A stretch of 63,839 nucleotides of DNA, the filler included, from Octopus bimaculoides (Eukaryota), in the NCBI RefSeq assembly GCF_001194135.2. It is 9 parts of 8 records of this genome, joined end to end, with 100 filler letters (N's around TTAATTAATTAA, not from the genome) between each part and the next. Parts side by side here need not be neighbours in the genome. Positions count along the whole stretch, not along the records: positions 1 to 6,494 come from NC_068988.1; positions 6,595 to 13,174 come from NC_069005.1; 7 more parts are not named here. One strand, given 5' to 3'. Shown piece after piece: positions 1 through 11,296 of the stretch (its first letter is position 1; each line of letters begins with the position of its first letter). A program made the position numbers and the translations under genes. Under the pieces are notes generated by a model. That model did not search any database. It was not told where the DNA came from and worked only from the letters and a program-made list of their open reading frames with translations.

Positions 1-386
1 TGTCATTCTCATCAAATGTCGGCGATTATCGTACGCTGAAGAAGGGAAATAACCCTGAAACTCGGGTCCGTACGTATCGCAGATCAAGATGGGAAGGATA
101 ACTTCCCTTGGCAAAAATAGACAGGACACAGATATGTGTCGATAAGCCAGCTGGAGGAGATGTTCTCCTGGGGCTAAAAGCAACAGTAACATCCACCCTT
201 AGGGGTCAGCCACATTTAAATGGCAAATATACTTCACTTTATCGTGCAGTTACTGTTAACACCTCGTTCAGAGATTTAACATTGCTTGTTTTCACTTTTT
301 CGATATCAGTGAATAACTTCACTGGAAAAAGACTTATATATTGCCAAGGGATTGTCATTCTCATCAAATGTCGGCGATTATCGTAC
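1..386 (+). repeat. Hammerhead-containing unit with 352-bp direct-repeat period (retrozyme-like or Penelope pseudo-LTR)
   Basis: Bases 1-34 recur exactly at 353-386. The interior has hairpins at 91-107, 125-140, 156-168 and 307-324, plus an 11-bp long-range pairing 104-114/341-351. Confidence 0.65.
22..80 (+). ncRNA. Type I hammerhead ribozyme with complete catalytic core
   Basis: Stem I CGTACG(30-35)/CGTACG(69-74); core CTGAAGA(36-42); stem II AGGG/CCCT with loop AAATAA; GAAA(57-60); minimal stem III CT-CG-GG; cleavage triplet GTC (cut after C68); distal stem I GCGAT(22-26)/ATCGC(76-80). Confidence 0.88.
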
Positions 387-624
387 CTCCATTAGGTACA
401 CTCTGATACCTCATCACCCCTGTCATTGTCTTCTTTTCAGTCATTTAATGCAGGATACCCATGCATATCCTGTATTGCAAAATACCTGTGCTTCTCCCTC
501 TTTCATACTTTGCTATACCTGGTGTAAAGCCACCTCCCTCTATATTACAACCCAACTCAGCTGAGGAGTCTTTTCTTCGTCTTAAGAGTTACTCGGTGAC
601 CTCACTAGTATCGATATCTTGAAA

Positions 625-790
625 GCGCACCCAGTACACTCTGTAAACTGGTTGGTGTTAGTAAGGGCATCCAGCAGTAGAAATCATGCCAAAAACAGAC
701 ATTTGGAGCTCAAATCTGACTCTAACTCGCTGGTTTCCGTTAAACTGTCTAACCCATGCCAGCATGAAGATGGACATTGACATTACATGA
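625..790 (+). mobile_element. Short RTE-associated non-autonomous repeat
   Basis: Motif GCACCCAGTACACTC..GGTTGG..AAGGGCATCCAGC..AACCCATGCCAGCATG with a (TGA)-type tail; related copies near 2520, 28830, 30840, 39830 and 59560. Confidence 0.55.
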
Positions 791-1039
791 TGTTTACTGA
801 TGTATATACACATACACACACACATATATAAAATCATCATTATCATTGATCTAACATCCCCTTTTCCACAGTCTCATGGGTTGGATGGAATTTATTGAGG
901 CAGATTTTCTATGGGTAAATGACTTTTTTGTCACTAACCCTCACCTGTTTCCAAGTAAGGTAGTATTACTCTGCAATGCTAAGATATTTCTGTGAGTATT
1001 TGAGTAATTTGGTGATTTGGTATCAAGTTGATGTTGGTC

Positions 1040-1530
1040 AAATGAACACAAATCCTGCTGAGCTTTTAAATGCAAAAATATTTATTCTTATTGTTAACAA
1101 CTAAATGTTGCCATTACTATCAATGACAAAGGAAACATGGTTACATAAGTAACATAGTTTTAAGTTAATATGTGATCAAGTATAACAATAGTTGCTGTTG
1201 AGTATTTTTTGGAATTAGCTGATTAGGGTACATTTATTTATTTATGGGTTTCAGCCAAGTGGCTGCGGTCATGCTGGTGCACCACCGTTGCCATTTCCAC
1301 TACTGTGAGTGTTGTTTGACCATTGTCTTGGTGTTATAGACACTGTTCTGGACATCTCTTTGGTTCTCTACTGCTATCTGCTAGCTAGTGGTTAAAGTGT
1401 GCTAAATATATAGCTGATGCCCTCATCAGAACAAGTATGCTAAAGAGCTAACTCTGTTTTACCAGAAGTTTTGAATGGTTAATGTTTTGATGACATCAGC
1501 AATGTTTGAGCAAATTGCAATTATGTTCTT
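1040..1530. repeat. Old interspersed repeat, copy 1 (copy 2 at about 2855-3300)
   Basis: Colinear similarity with 2855-3300, e.g. TTTAAATGCAAAAATATTTATTCTT, GGTTCTCTACTGCTATCTGCTA and TTTTGAATGGTTAATGTTTTGA. Confidence 0.65.
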
Positions 1531-1589
1531 TAGTTTTATTCTTGTATTGGATATAATGATCTGGCTTGATTTCTGTGTTTTGCAACTGC

Positions 1590-1990
1590 CAGTTGCTAAA
1601 TTGCTGAAACCAATTCTCGGAGCTGATTTTCTAGATCATTTTGACCTTTTAGTTGATGTCGAATACCATAGATTAGTACATTCCACCACTAGTTTCAATG
1701 TATATGATGTCAGTACATGGGTCCCTTCTATCAGCCTTGTTTTCTTAAACCTTTCTTGTTCAAACAAGTCCAGCACTCTTTTATGCAAACACCTTGATAT
1801 CACTCAGTCTGTGTTTCAAAACCAACCGGTCACTGACTCTGTAACTTATCATATCATTATAAGTAGACCACTGGTTTTTCCCCAGCCATATTGACTTGCT
1901 CCTGATTGCACTAACATTGTGAAAGCAAAGTTGAAGCACGCGCTGGAACAGGACATATTTCATCCATTCAGCTGCAATTCTGCCTCATTT
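1590..1990 (+). mobile_element. Decayed Ty3/Gypsy pol fragment (protease end to RT start)
   Basis: Translation PILGADFLDHFDLLVDVEYHRLV...VTYHIIISRPLVFPQPY*LAPD..KAKLKHALEQDI resembles Gypsy PILGADFL..LLVD / H.I.T.GPPV..RRLAP motifs; contains a stop. Confidence 0.7.
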
Positions 1991-2119
1991 ATGGGATTTT
2001 TCTTCAACTCTACATGATGTTAAAGTGTTTTTGAAAATTGATCATGTTCAGGTTGCCAACTGTTATAATAATATGTTCATCTGGATGCTTGAATTGCTTA
2101 CAATTTGGCATCAAGCTGA

Positions 2120-2383
2120 TTCTTTTACTTGTTTCAGTCTTTTGACTACAGCCATGCTGGAGCACTGCCTCAAAGGGTTTTAATTGGAGAAATTGACCTC
2201 AGGATTTATTCTTTGTAAGCCTAGTACTTATTCTATCGTTCTCTTTTGCTGAACCACTAATTTACGGGGACATAAACACACCAGCATTGGTTGTCAAGTG
2301 ATGGCAGGGGTAGAAGTACGCACACATAAATACATTACATTTATACACACACACACACGCACACACACACACATACACATATA

Positions 2384-2427
<44 letters not shown>

Positions 2428-2845
2428 AATATATATATATATCACAGTCATGGCAGATACTGGTGTCATGCAAATGGCACCTATGCTGATTGCACATAAA
2501 AACACACATTATACTCTCAGAGTGGTTGGCGTTAGGAAGGACATCCAGTAGTAGAACCTATGCCAGATTAGACTGGGGTTTGGTGCAGCCTTCCAGCTTG
2601 CTAGTCCTGGTCAAATCGTTCAACCCATGCCAGCATGGACAAAGGATATTAAATGATGTTGATGATATATATATATATATACAATGGGCTTCTTTAAGTT
2701 TCTATCTACCAAATCCACTCACAGGGCTTTGGTTGGCCCGAAGCTATAGTAGAAGACACTTCTCAAGGTGTGACATAGTGGGACTGAACCCGAATCCTGT
2801 GGTTGGGAAGCAAGCTTCTTACCACACAGCCACTCCTGTGCCTAT
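2120..2845 (-). mobile_element. tRNA-derived SINE (major family), interrupted by microsatellite and a nested RTE-type repeat
   Basis: tRNA-like head on minus near 2780-2835 (GGCTGTGTGGTAAGAAGCTTGC...GGTTCAGTCCCAC); body matches copies at 12890, 33745 and 51440. Confidence 0.75.
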
Positions 2846-2854
2846 GCTGATCAA

Positions 2855-3300
2855 CTAAACACAAATTCTATTGAGACTTTAAATGCAAAAATATTTATTC
2901 TTATCATTAACAACTAAATGCTGTCATTACTATGAATGACAAAGAAAAAGTGTTTACTCAAGAAACATAGTTCAAAGTTTACATGAGATGTCGTTGGATC
3001 AGATATAGCAGTAGTCACTGTCATATGCTTCTTGGAGCTCGCTGGTTCGGGTGTATTACTGCTGCCACCATCATCATTGTCTACCATCGTCTTGGTGCTA
3101 TGGACACTACTCTGATCTGCTCTCTGGTTCTCTACTGCTATCTGCTAACTAGTGGCTAAAATGTGTTAGATATGTAATTGATGTTCTTGTTAGAAAAAGC
3201 ACGTCAAAGATTAAATTCTGTTCCACCAAAAATTTTGAATGGTTAATGTTTTGACGACATCAATAATATTTGAGTGAATTCTATTTTGTTCTTTAGCTGT
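2855..3300. repeat. Old interspersed repeat, copy 2
   Basis: Homologous to 1040-1530. Confidence 0.65.
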
Positions 3301-4329
3301 TTTTGAATTGGGTACAGTGATCAATTTTTTAAGTGTTTTGTGATTGTCAAATATTTTGGCTATAACTTCATGATCAGACATCTTTTCACAGAAGATTGGA
3401 AATGAAGGACACTACCGTATAACAGTGACATTCATTTACAACTATGACATGATACCAAACAACAATGATTCATTCAATACCCAATCTCTCATACTGGCAC
3501 AAGTCAAACGGCTTGACAGGACTCTAATGAGGACTGCATTGAGTTCTAACGTCTGTTTTGGCATGGTTTATACACCTGGATGCCCTTGTTAGCACCAACC
3601 ACTTTACAAAGTGTACTGAGTGCATTTTTGTGGAAGTGTGGAAAATGATAAATATCAATATAGAGGAGGTGAAAAAAATAACCCAGGGAGGAGGAGGTGA
3701 TAAATTATAGTACAGAGAAATGTAAATAGATTATAACCTGTAAATAGATTAGAAAATAAGGAAAGCTTATCGATAGATCAGGAGAGAGAGAGAGAGAGAG
3801 AGNNNNNNNNNNNNNNNNNNNNNNNNNNNNNNNNNNNNNNNNNNNNNNNNNNNNNNNNNNNNNNNNNNNNNNNNNNNNNNNNNNNNNNNNNNNNNNNNNN
3901 NNNNNNNAGGGAGGGAGAGAGAGCGAGCGAGAGAGATGAGAGAAACAGAAATTGCAAGAATAGAAATGAAGATCAGAGGTACGTAGTGGTAACTATAGTA
4001 AGTGGAAGACAAAGGTGGGGAAATCATCAGCATCAGATATGAGGCATTTGGAGAGTGATAACAGATGTGAGAGGGTGTTAAAGATGAGGTATAGCAGTCC
4101 TAAGATGTAGCTCAGAGGAGAGAGGAAGATACATGAAAGCGTGGAAAGTGGTAAGCAGTGGAAAATTAAATGGAAGGAAAGATAGTGAGAACGAGGGAGG
4201 GATGTTAAAAGAAGTGGTTCCAGAGAAAGTGAAGGTATCTTATAGCACAAAGGGAAGAAAGATGTGCAGACTCTGCAGTCATATGATTTCAGCATCTGAA
4301 TAGTGCCATTGTTAGGAAAGATGGAGGGA

Positions 4330-6320
4330 TGAGTGTTAGAAAAAATAAGAAGTGGGGAAAATTTGATGGAGACAGACTGAGCTCAGGGGTAGGGCCCGGT
4401 GACTGCTTAGACATAAACTCGGTCCTTTAAGGTGGGTCTTACTGAATACAGCAAAACCCCAGTCCTCACACTCCATAATCATCTCCAATGTGAGGTTTAA
4501 AACCTTGAGATCAGCTTTCATTACTTCCTTCCTTGTCTTCTTCAGTCTCCGTCTTCCACAAGTCCCATCCACTTCAGGTGATCAATACTTCTTTATGCAA
4601 CTGTCCTCACCCAAATGCATCAAATGCCCAGTGCATACTAGTGCAGCCTTTTCTCTTGTATGCTACATCAGATGTTAAATTTATGTTAAATTTTTTTCTC
4701 AATGCATTTAAACTCTGTCATACATGCACACTGATATTGCACATTCAATGTTGCAGCTTCATTCCTTTCTAGTCTCTGCATTTAGAGCCCGTGTAGAACA
4801 TGGGTGTCAGTCTTCCTTTCACTTAGAGAGAGAGAGAGAGTGTGTGAGAGAGTAACAGAGTGTGTGAGAGAGTAACAGAGTGTGAGAGAGATAGAGAGAT
4901 AGAGCAAGTGAGTGGGAGAGAAAATTTTATTTTACCAACAGAGGTAAAAGCTCTCAGAACTTTCTCCATCCTGGTCATATTCCAGTTGTTATACTTTCAG
5001 AATATCCCACTCTAGATTTAATTAGGTCATTTAGATTACAGAATCTATTAAGTCTACGTTCTCCTGGGCATTCAAGAGAATCTAATTCCTGTGTGGTTTC
5101 AGTGTTTATATATACATCATCATCATTTAACATCCATGTTCCATGCTTGCATGAGTTGGATGGCTTGACAGAATCTAAAAGATGGTGAAGAAACTTATCT
5201 CAAATTAACACTGCTTAAGATTGAAAGTGGATTTCTTGGATATCTGTAGACTTCATGGCTCCTGTGCATCTTCCACATACAAAAACTTCCTCTGTTAACA
5301 TTCCTGTTATTCCACTGCACTTTTTGTGTGTCCATAGTTTGCACTGGGTACACTATGGAATTCCTGTTTACACTTTTCCTACCCACTTCAGGTAAATGGC
5401 CTGAAATGGGTAGGGTCCTGTCTGATTTCTTGCTTACTAGAGCCTTGGTTTTTGCTAAGTTAACCTTAATGCCCTTCGATTCCAGGTTTTGCTTCCATGC
5501 CTGGAATTTCTTTTCTCGTTCTGTTACAAAATCTGCTATGAGAGCAACATCATCAGCATATGATAGATCCCAAGGGTAGCCAGCCATGAATTCCTCTATT
5601 ATAGCCAGGAGGACAATGATAAATGGGAAGGGACTGAGAACCAAATTCTGGAGAACACCTACATGTACACTAAATTCATCACAATACTCGTGGTTAATTC
5701 TCACCTTTCTGACAGAACTTCTGTACATGGCCTGCACAACTTTCACAAGCCACTTGTCCACTCCTAGCTTCCTCAGAGCCCACCATATTTCACAGCAGAG
5801 TAGTCTGTTGAAGGCTTTCTCCAAGTCCATACAAGCCAAATACAATGGTTTATTTTTAGCCAAATACTTTTCCTGCAGTTGTCTGGCTATAACAATAGCA
5901 TTAGCTATGCTTCTCCCCAGCACAAAACCAAACTGCATTTTATCTAATCTGATTTTGTTCCTAATTAATTGGGCTATAACTCTTTCCATAACTTTCATGA
6001 CTTGCTCTAGTGATGTGATACCTGTAACTGATTCTTTGTAACAGTTAACCATACTTCTGCTACACTAGTCAAAGAGGATGACACCTTCCTGAATAACCCA
6101 CTTAACTGTATGGGTAACTAGACTATATCCTACTCTGCCAAATATTTTAGGCACTTCAGTGGTAACTCTCAATGGACCAGGGCTTTTCCCTGTCTTCTTA
6201 TCCTTAATTGCCTTATTTATCATACTGCTGTCAACTCAAATAGCTGGTCTCTCTGTTGGGTTCTCATAGGGGAGACTCCCTTACTCCCATTCATTTTCCA
6301 CACTCTTTACCACTTCATAC
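4330..6320 (-). mobile_element. RTE-clade LINE, 5'-truncated and decayed (RT and C-terminal region)
   Basis: ORF 5195-6052: QFGFVLGRS..ARQLQEKY..KNKPLYLACMDLEKAF..VGVLQNLVLSP..LSYADDVAL; 3' part RRLKKTRKEVMKADL at 4336-4572. Confidence 0.9.
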
Positions 6321-6446
6321 TAAAAATATCCGCCTATGGATATAATAATAGATTACTTTATTTTTTCTGTCTCCGATGAAGGGAAGTACTGGATCTTCCC
6401 TTCAACCTTACCTTTGCTCTCTTTATCTTTTTGTTTTTATATATTT

Positions 6447-6494
<48 letters not shown>

Positions 6495-6538
6495 NNNNNN
6501 NNNNNNNNNNNNNNNNNNNNNNNNNNNNNNNNNNNNNN

Positions 6539-6550
6539 TTAATTAATTAA
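6539..6550. other. Artificial scaffold spacer TTAATTAATTAA in an N block (also about 13219, 23851, 27849, 40833, 49787, 51838, 59904)
   Basis: The identical 12-mer sits in the middle of N blocks of about 100 nt eight times and gives stops in all six frames. Confidence 0.95.
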
Positions 6551-6604
6551 NNNNNNNNNNNNNNNNNNNNNNNNNNNNNNNNNNNNNNNNNNNNAATAAT
6601 AATG

Positions 6605-6689
<85 letters not shown>

Positions 6690-8505
6690 AAGGAACCGAT
6701 TGGAATCTCTATATACTCTGATTGATGATACATCTAGTGATAGTGTCACAATAAAAACATTGGTAATTGCACAACTCGCAACCTCATGTGAGTGACAATG
6801 AAAGAACAAATATTGTGAATAACGGTGGTAATGAAACTGAAGCTCTTGATGATGACAGTGTTACACCCGACAGGCTCAGTGGTACTGGTCCGACTTCAGC
6901 CTGTCATTATCCAGCTGTGGTCATGTAGATGACTAATGGTGACATGATAGATGGGCAAAAGGAAATCTACGAGAGAATGAAGGCAAGGCTACAGGAGAAC
7001 GATAGCGACATTATTTGTAACCTTAGAAAGCTTGATCGGTGGAAACTGAAACAAGACACGGAAAATGGGAATGAAATTCTGAAATACATTAAGAAGAGGA
7101 AAACTAACTTAGCCATGTCATGAACCGATTATCGTAAGGTGTACGATATGATGCTACATCCTTGGATTATGGAATGTATGAACCTATTTGGTATTGCATC
7201 GAATGTTGAGCGATTGCTCAGAAAAAGTATGGCGAAGTGGAGGATGGAACTGACAGCATATTGAAGTATAGGGACAGTAGAAATTGGGGGAGGCAATTAA
7301 ACGGACGGAATAAGATTGAAGCTATCAACACCTGGGCCGTTTCACTACTTAGATATGGAGCAGGGGTAATCGCATGAACAGTAGACGAACTAAACAGCTT
7401 AGACAAAAAGACAAGGAATTTGCTGACTAGATATAGGATACTTCACCCAAAAGTGACACAGACAGACTGTATGTACCAAGAAAAAGAAGGGGAAGGGGAC
7501 TGATTGGATGCGAACACAGCATTAGAGCAGAAGAAAAGAACATAGCATGGTATGTAAAAATTTCACAGAACCAGTTTTATTGGAAGTAAAAAGGTTAGGC
7601 TTGTATAGGATGGAAGATTGCAAAGATAAAGCACTGCTCAAAGCCATGAAAATGAATTAAAGTGAAAATGGGTGGATAAAGAAAAGAATGCATGGACAAT
7701 TTCATAAGGATGTTGAAGATAAGACAGACGGAGAAAAAAGCTGGCTATGGATGACTAAAAGTGATTTAAAAGCGGAAAGGGAGGCTCTCATCTATGCTGC
7801 TCAAGAGCAAGCATTGAGAATCAATTACATCAAATGCAGAGTAGACAACACATCAGAAACTGATAAGTGCAGGATTTGTGAACAAAATAGTGAAACCGTA
7901 TGGGATGTTACCAGTCAATGTACGCCACTAGCCCAGAAAGAATATAAGAAGCGTCATGACAATATAGCAAGGATTGTCTATTGGACACTTTGCAACAAGT
8001 ATGGACTTGGCAGAACAAAAAATTGGTACGAGCATAAACCCGAAGGCATCATCGAACATGATAATGCAAAGATCCTATGGGATTTTATGATTCAGTGTGA
8101 CCATGAGATAGAGAATAGGAAACCAGACATAGTGTTAATTGAGAAAGAAAGCAAACAATGCTGGATCATAGATATAGCATGCCCAGCTTACAACAAGGTA
8201 TGCGATAGGGAAGAAAGAAAAGTTGATAGATATGACAGGTTAGCTGGGGAGATTAAGCAGCTATGGTCGATGAAAAAGATGGTAGTGATACCGATATTTG
8301 TCGGAGGCCTGGGAACAGCGAGTAAAATTCTTGAGAAGTACTCGGAACAAATAGGGGCTGCAATAAGAGTTGAGCACTTGCAGAAAACAGCACTGGTTGA
8401 AACCGCTCGAATACTCCGAATGGTGCTCGAAAAATAAGAGGCGTTGCTTTAGTTCACTGGCAGTGAACTGCTGGCACCATAGTTCGTTAGAAGTTGTGCA
8501 AAGAC
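6690..8505 (+). mobile_element. R4/Dong-type non-LTR retrotransposon with restriction-like endonuclease, internally deleted, flanked by (TAA)n
   Basis: RT motif remnant LAMS*TDYRKVYDM (about 7110-7150); post-RT AINTWAVSLLRYGAG; C-terminal CCHC finger and KPDIV..IIDIACP; (TAA)n at about 6595-6686 and 8505-8580. Confidence 0.88.
7688..8437 (+). CDS. Open C-terminal ORF of the R4-type element (zinc knuckle plus PD-(D/E)xK endonuclease), 249 aa
   Basis: CRICEQNSETVWDVTSQC..KKRHD..WYEHKPE..ILWDFMIQCDHEIENRKPDIVLIEKESKQCWIIDIACP..VVIPIFVGGLG. Confidence 0.8.
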   Translation: MHGQFHKDVEDKTDGEKSWLWMTKSDLKAEREALIYAAQEQALRINYIKCRVDNTSETDKCRICEQNSETVWDVTSQCTPLAQKEYKKRHDNIARIVYWTLCNKYGLGRTKNWYEHKPEGIIEHDNAKILWDFMIQCDHEIENRKPDIVLIEKESKQCWIIDIACPAYNKVCDREERKVDRYDRLAGEIKQLWSMKKMVVIPIFVGGLGTASKILEKYSEQIGAAIRVEHLQKTALVETARILRMVLEK

Positions 8506-8509
8506 AATA

Positions 8510-8578
<69 letters not shown>

Positions 8579-8581
<3 letters not shown>

Positions 8582-8780
8582 TGCACTACTGGGCACTGCA
8601 CCCATCCTACGNNNNNNNNNNTAATAATTGCACTACTGGGCACTGCACACATCCTACGCAAAACACTTTCAATACAGTAACCATAAGAGCACCACAGCAA
8701 ACCACAGCACATACCCAAGGCGCACAGAGCTGCGCTCGGTAGTGAAGTGAAAGCACGTTATAAAAATAAAACTACCGAAC
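8579..8780 (+). mobile_element. 5'-truncated 3' end of a young R4/Dong-type family
   Basis: Encodes IALLGTAHILRKTLSIQ* plus 3' UTR; about 96% identical by eye to 40933-41087; (TAA)n on both sides. Confidence 0.8.
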
Positions 8781-8869
8781 AATAATAATAATAATAATAA
8801 CAACAACGACGACAACAACAACAACAACAGCAACAACAACAATTATAATAATAATGTTTTAAAATTTTG

Positions 8870-9015
8870 TCACAAGACTAGGAATTGTACGGGAAGGAGC
8901 CAGTCAACAGCATCGACCTCAGTGTTTAGCTGGTACTTATTTTGTCAAACTCGAAAAAATGAAAGGCGAAGTCGGCCTAAGTAGCATTTGAACTTTCCTG
9001 TCAGTTCGCCGCCAT
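8870..9015 (-). mobile_element. tRNA-derived SINE, second family (decayed)
   Basis: Similar to 56956-57168 and 60685-60899 (TCAAATGC..GCCGAC TTCGCCTTTC). Confidence 0.55.
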
Positions 9016-9059
9016 GTCTTGACCTGATAATAGTCATACACATATAGAGACAAGCACAA

Positions 9060-10317
9060 AGATGATAATGATGATGATGATGAGGATGATGATGATTGAG
9101 ATGGTGACAATGGTAGTGTTGATGGTAATGATGAAGATGGGAGGAGAGAAAGCAAACAAAGGAGGAGGTGAAGCAGTAGGAGGATGAGCAGGAGGAGGAG
9201 GAGGAGGACGACGAGGTGCAGGAGACGGTAGTCATTTTCGTGATGCTGATACGATTGCTGCTGCTGCTGCTGATGAAGATGAAGGGGTGGGAAAGGAGGG
9301 GAGGGGACATAGGAGGAGGAGAGGGAAGATGAGCATTATGTCCGTCATGGTGATGGTCGTGGCGGGGTCGTTTGATGAAGTGAGTGGTCGTAGTGATGGA
9401 ACTGTTACTGCGTCCGCTACTAATAACGTTGAAAACGACGGCGATGATTATGATTATGATTATGATGAACCATGATCATCATCATCATCGTCAACATCAT
9501 CAGCAGCAGCAGCATCACGACTATCACAATCGCTATCATCAGCATCATCATCAACATCATTATCACCATCATTCTCGGTGACGACGACGCTGACAGTTAT
9601 GTTAACAATAATGGCGAGAGAAATTTAAGTTTCTTTACTGTCCACTGAATCAAAATAAAAAATAGTGACGATAAAATTTAAACAGTGTATATATATATAN
9701 NNNNNNNNNNNNNNNNNNNNNNNNNNNNNNNNNNNNNNNNNNNNNNNNNNNNNNNNNNNNNNNNNNNNNNNNNNNNNNNNNNNNNNNNNNNNNNNNNNNN
9801 NNNNNNNNNNNNNNNNNNNNNNNNNNNNNNNNNNNNNNNNNNNNTATATATGTGTGTGTGAGTGTGTGTGTATGTGTGTGTGCATATATATATATATTTA
9901 TATATATATATGAAATTAAAAAAGAAAGTCAGCTCAAAATAAAAAGTAAATGTACAAAGGAACTGAAAGGAAGTAAATTTTAAAAATACTGCAGCAAAAA
10001 TATAATAATAATAACAACAACTACAATAATAATAATAATGAAGAAAGAAAGAATAAAAACAGGAGAAGGTGCAAAAGGTTGTTTTAGAATGTCTCTAGTG
10101 ACATGACAAATACTCACTGGGCCTAAAATTAAATAATGATAATGACGGTGATGATGATGATGATAATGAGGAAGAAGAAGAAGAAGAAGAAGAAGAAGAA
10201 GAAGAAGAAGAAGAAGAAGAAGAAGAAGAAGAAGAAGACTCATAATGATCATTCTCATCAGCGTGATCAGCACAGTTGTTCATGGAGGGGATTTCTTTTA
10301 TTGCCACAAGCCCTACG

Positions 10318-10378
<61 letters not shown>

Positions 10379-10620
10379 TTGATGATGTTGATAATGATGA
10401 TGAAAATTGTGATGATGTTATCTATTATTAGTCACCAAGATGTTAAGGGACTTTAATAATGATGATGATAACAATAACAACAACAAAATATTGACCATAC
10501 TAATAATAAAGGTGATGATGATGATGATGATGATGATGATGACAATAACATTTTAGCAAAGAGGCGCACAATAACAACAACAGCAACAGTAACTGCAACA
10601 ACAACAAAGAAAGCAATAAT
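9060..10620. repeat. Compound trinucleotide microsatellite field (GAT, GAG, CAT, CAG, GAA, TAA, CAA)
   Basis: Directly visible arrays, e.g. (GAA)n at about 10170-10237 and (TAA)n at about 10321-10378. Confidence 0.9.
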
Positions 10621-11113
10621 GTTACAATGAAAAAAGAACGTTGGGATGGTAGAGAAGATGGTACGGTGGGCAGTCTGCAAAAATATCAAATCAATGAACA
10701 GAGCGTAAAATTGAAATGCCGCCATGACAACTGTCACAAGATTTTTCTTGTCTTTATTTGATGGTCTTTTAAATATTTTTTAACACTTTTTCTTTTATTT
10801 TTTAAAGTCTTTTCCTTAATATTATATTTTTGTTTTTCAATTTTGGTCATCTTGTTAGCTCCATCCAATATGGCTTTTGGCATATAATTTTGAGAAATAT
10901 TTTAGTTTCTTTCTTTATATTCTTTCTCCATGTGTATGAATCGATAATTCGCGTTTAGTTAACTTCTGTTCTGGTGAGTGTGTGTGTGTGTGTGCGTGCG
11001 TGTGTGAGTGTGTGAGTGTGTTTATGTATGTGTGTGTGAATGTGTGTATATGCAAAAGTTTGTGAGCATGAGTTTTGTAATTTTTTGGTATTTCATTTTT
11101 TAGCAAATACACT

Positions 11114-11147
<34 letters not shown>

Positions 11148-11219
11148 TATATGTATATATGTATATACATTTATGTATTATATATATGTGTGCATGTATG
11201 TATACATATGTATACGTGA

Positions 11220-11296
<77 letters not shown>

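Noticed and set aside
556-635. CTGAGGA...GAAAGCGC possible hammerhead
   Set aside because: There is no NUH triplet or stem I pairing, and the GAAAGCGCACCCAG part is just the start of the RTE-associated repeat.
6539-6550. Recurring TTAATTAATTAA flanked by N blocks (8 sites), superficially a regular repeat or array
   Set aside because: It always sits in the middle of N blocks and gives six-frame stops, so it is an artificial scaffold spacer. Adjacency across these joins is uncertain.
8577-8625. Apparent tandem duplication of the R4 stub start
   Set aside because: The two copies flank a 10-N gap, typical of unmerged contig overlap.
10113-10125. Minus-strand ttttAG-GCCCA-GTGAGT possible 5-nt microexon of the host gene
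   Set aside because: It would shift the phase-0 frame, has no homology support, and such motifs arise by chance.
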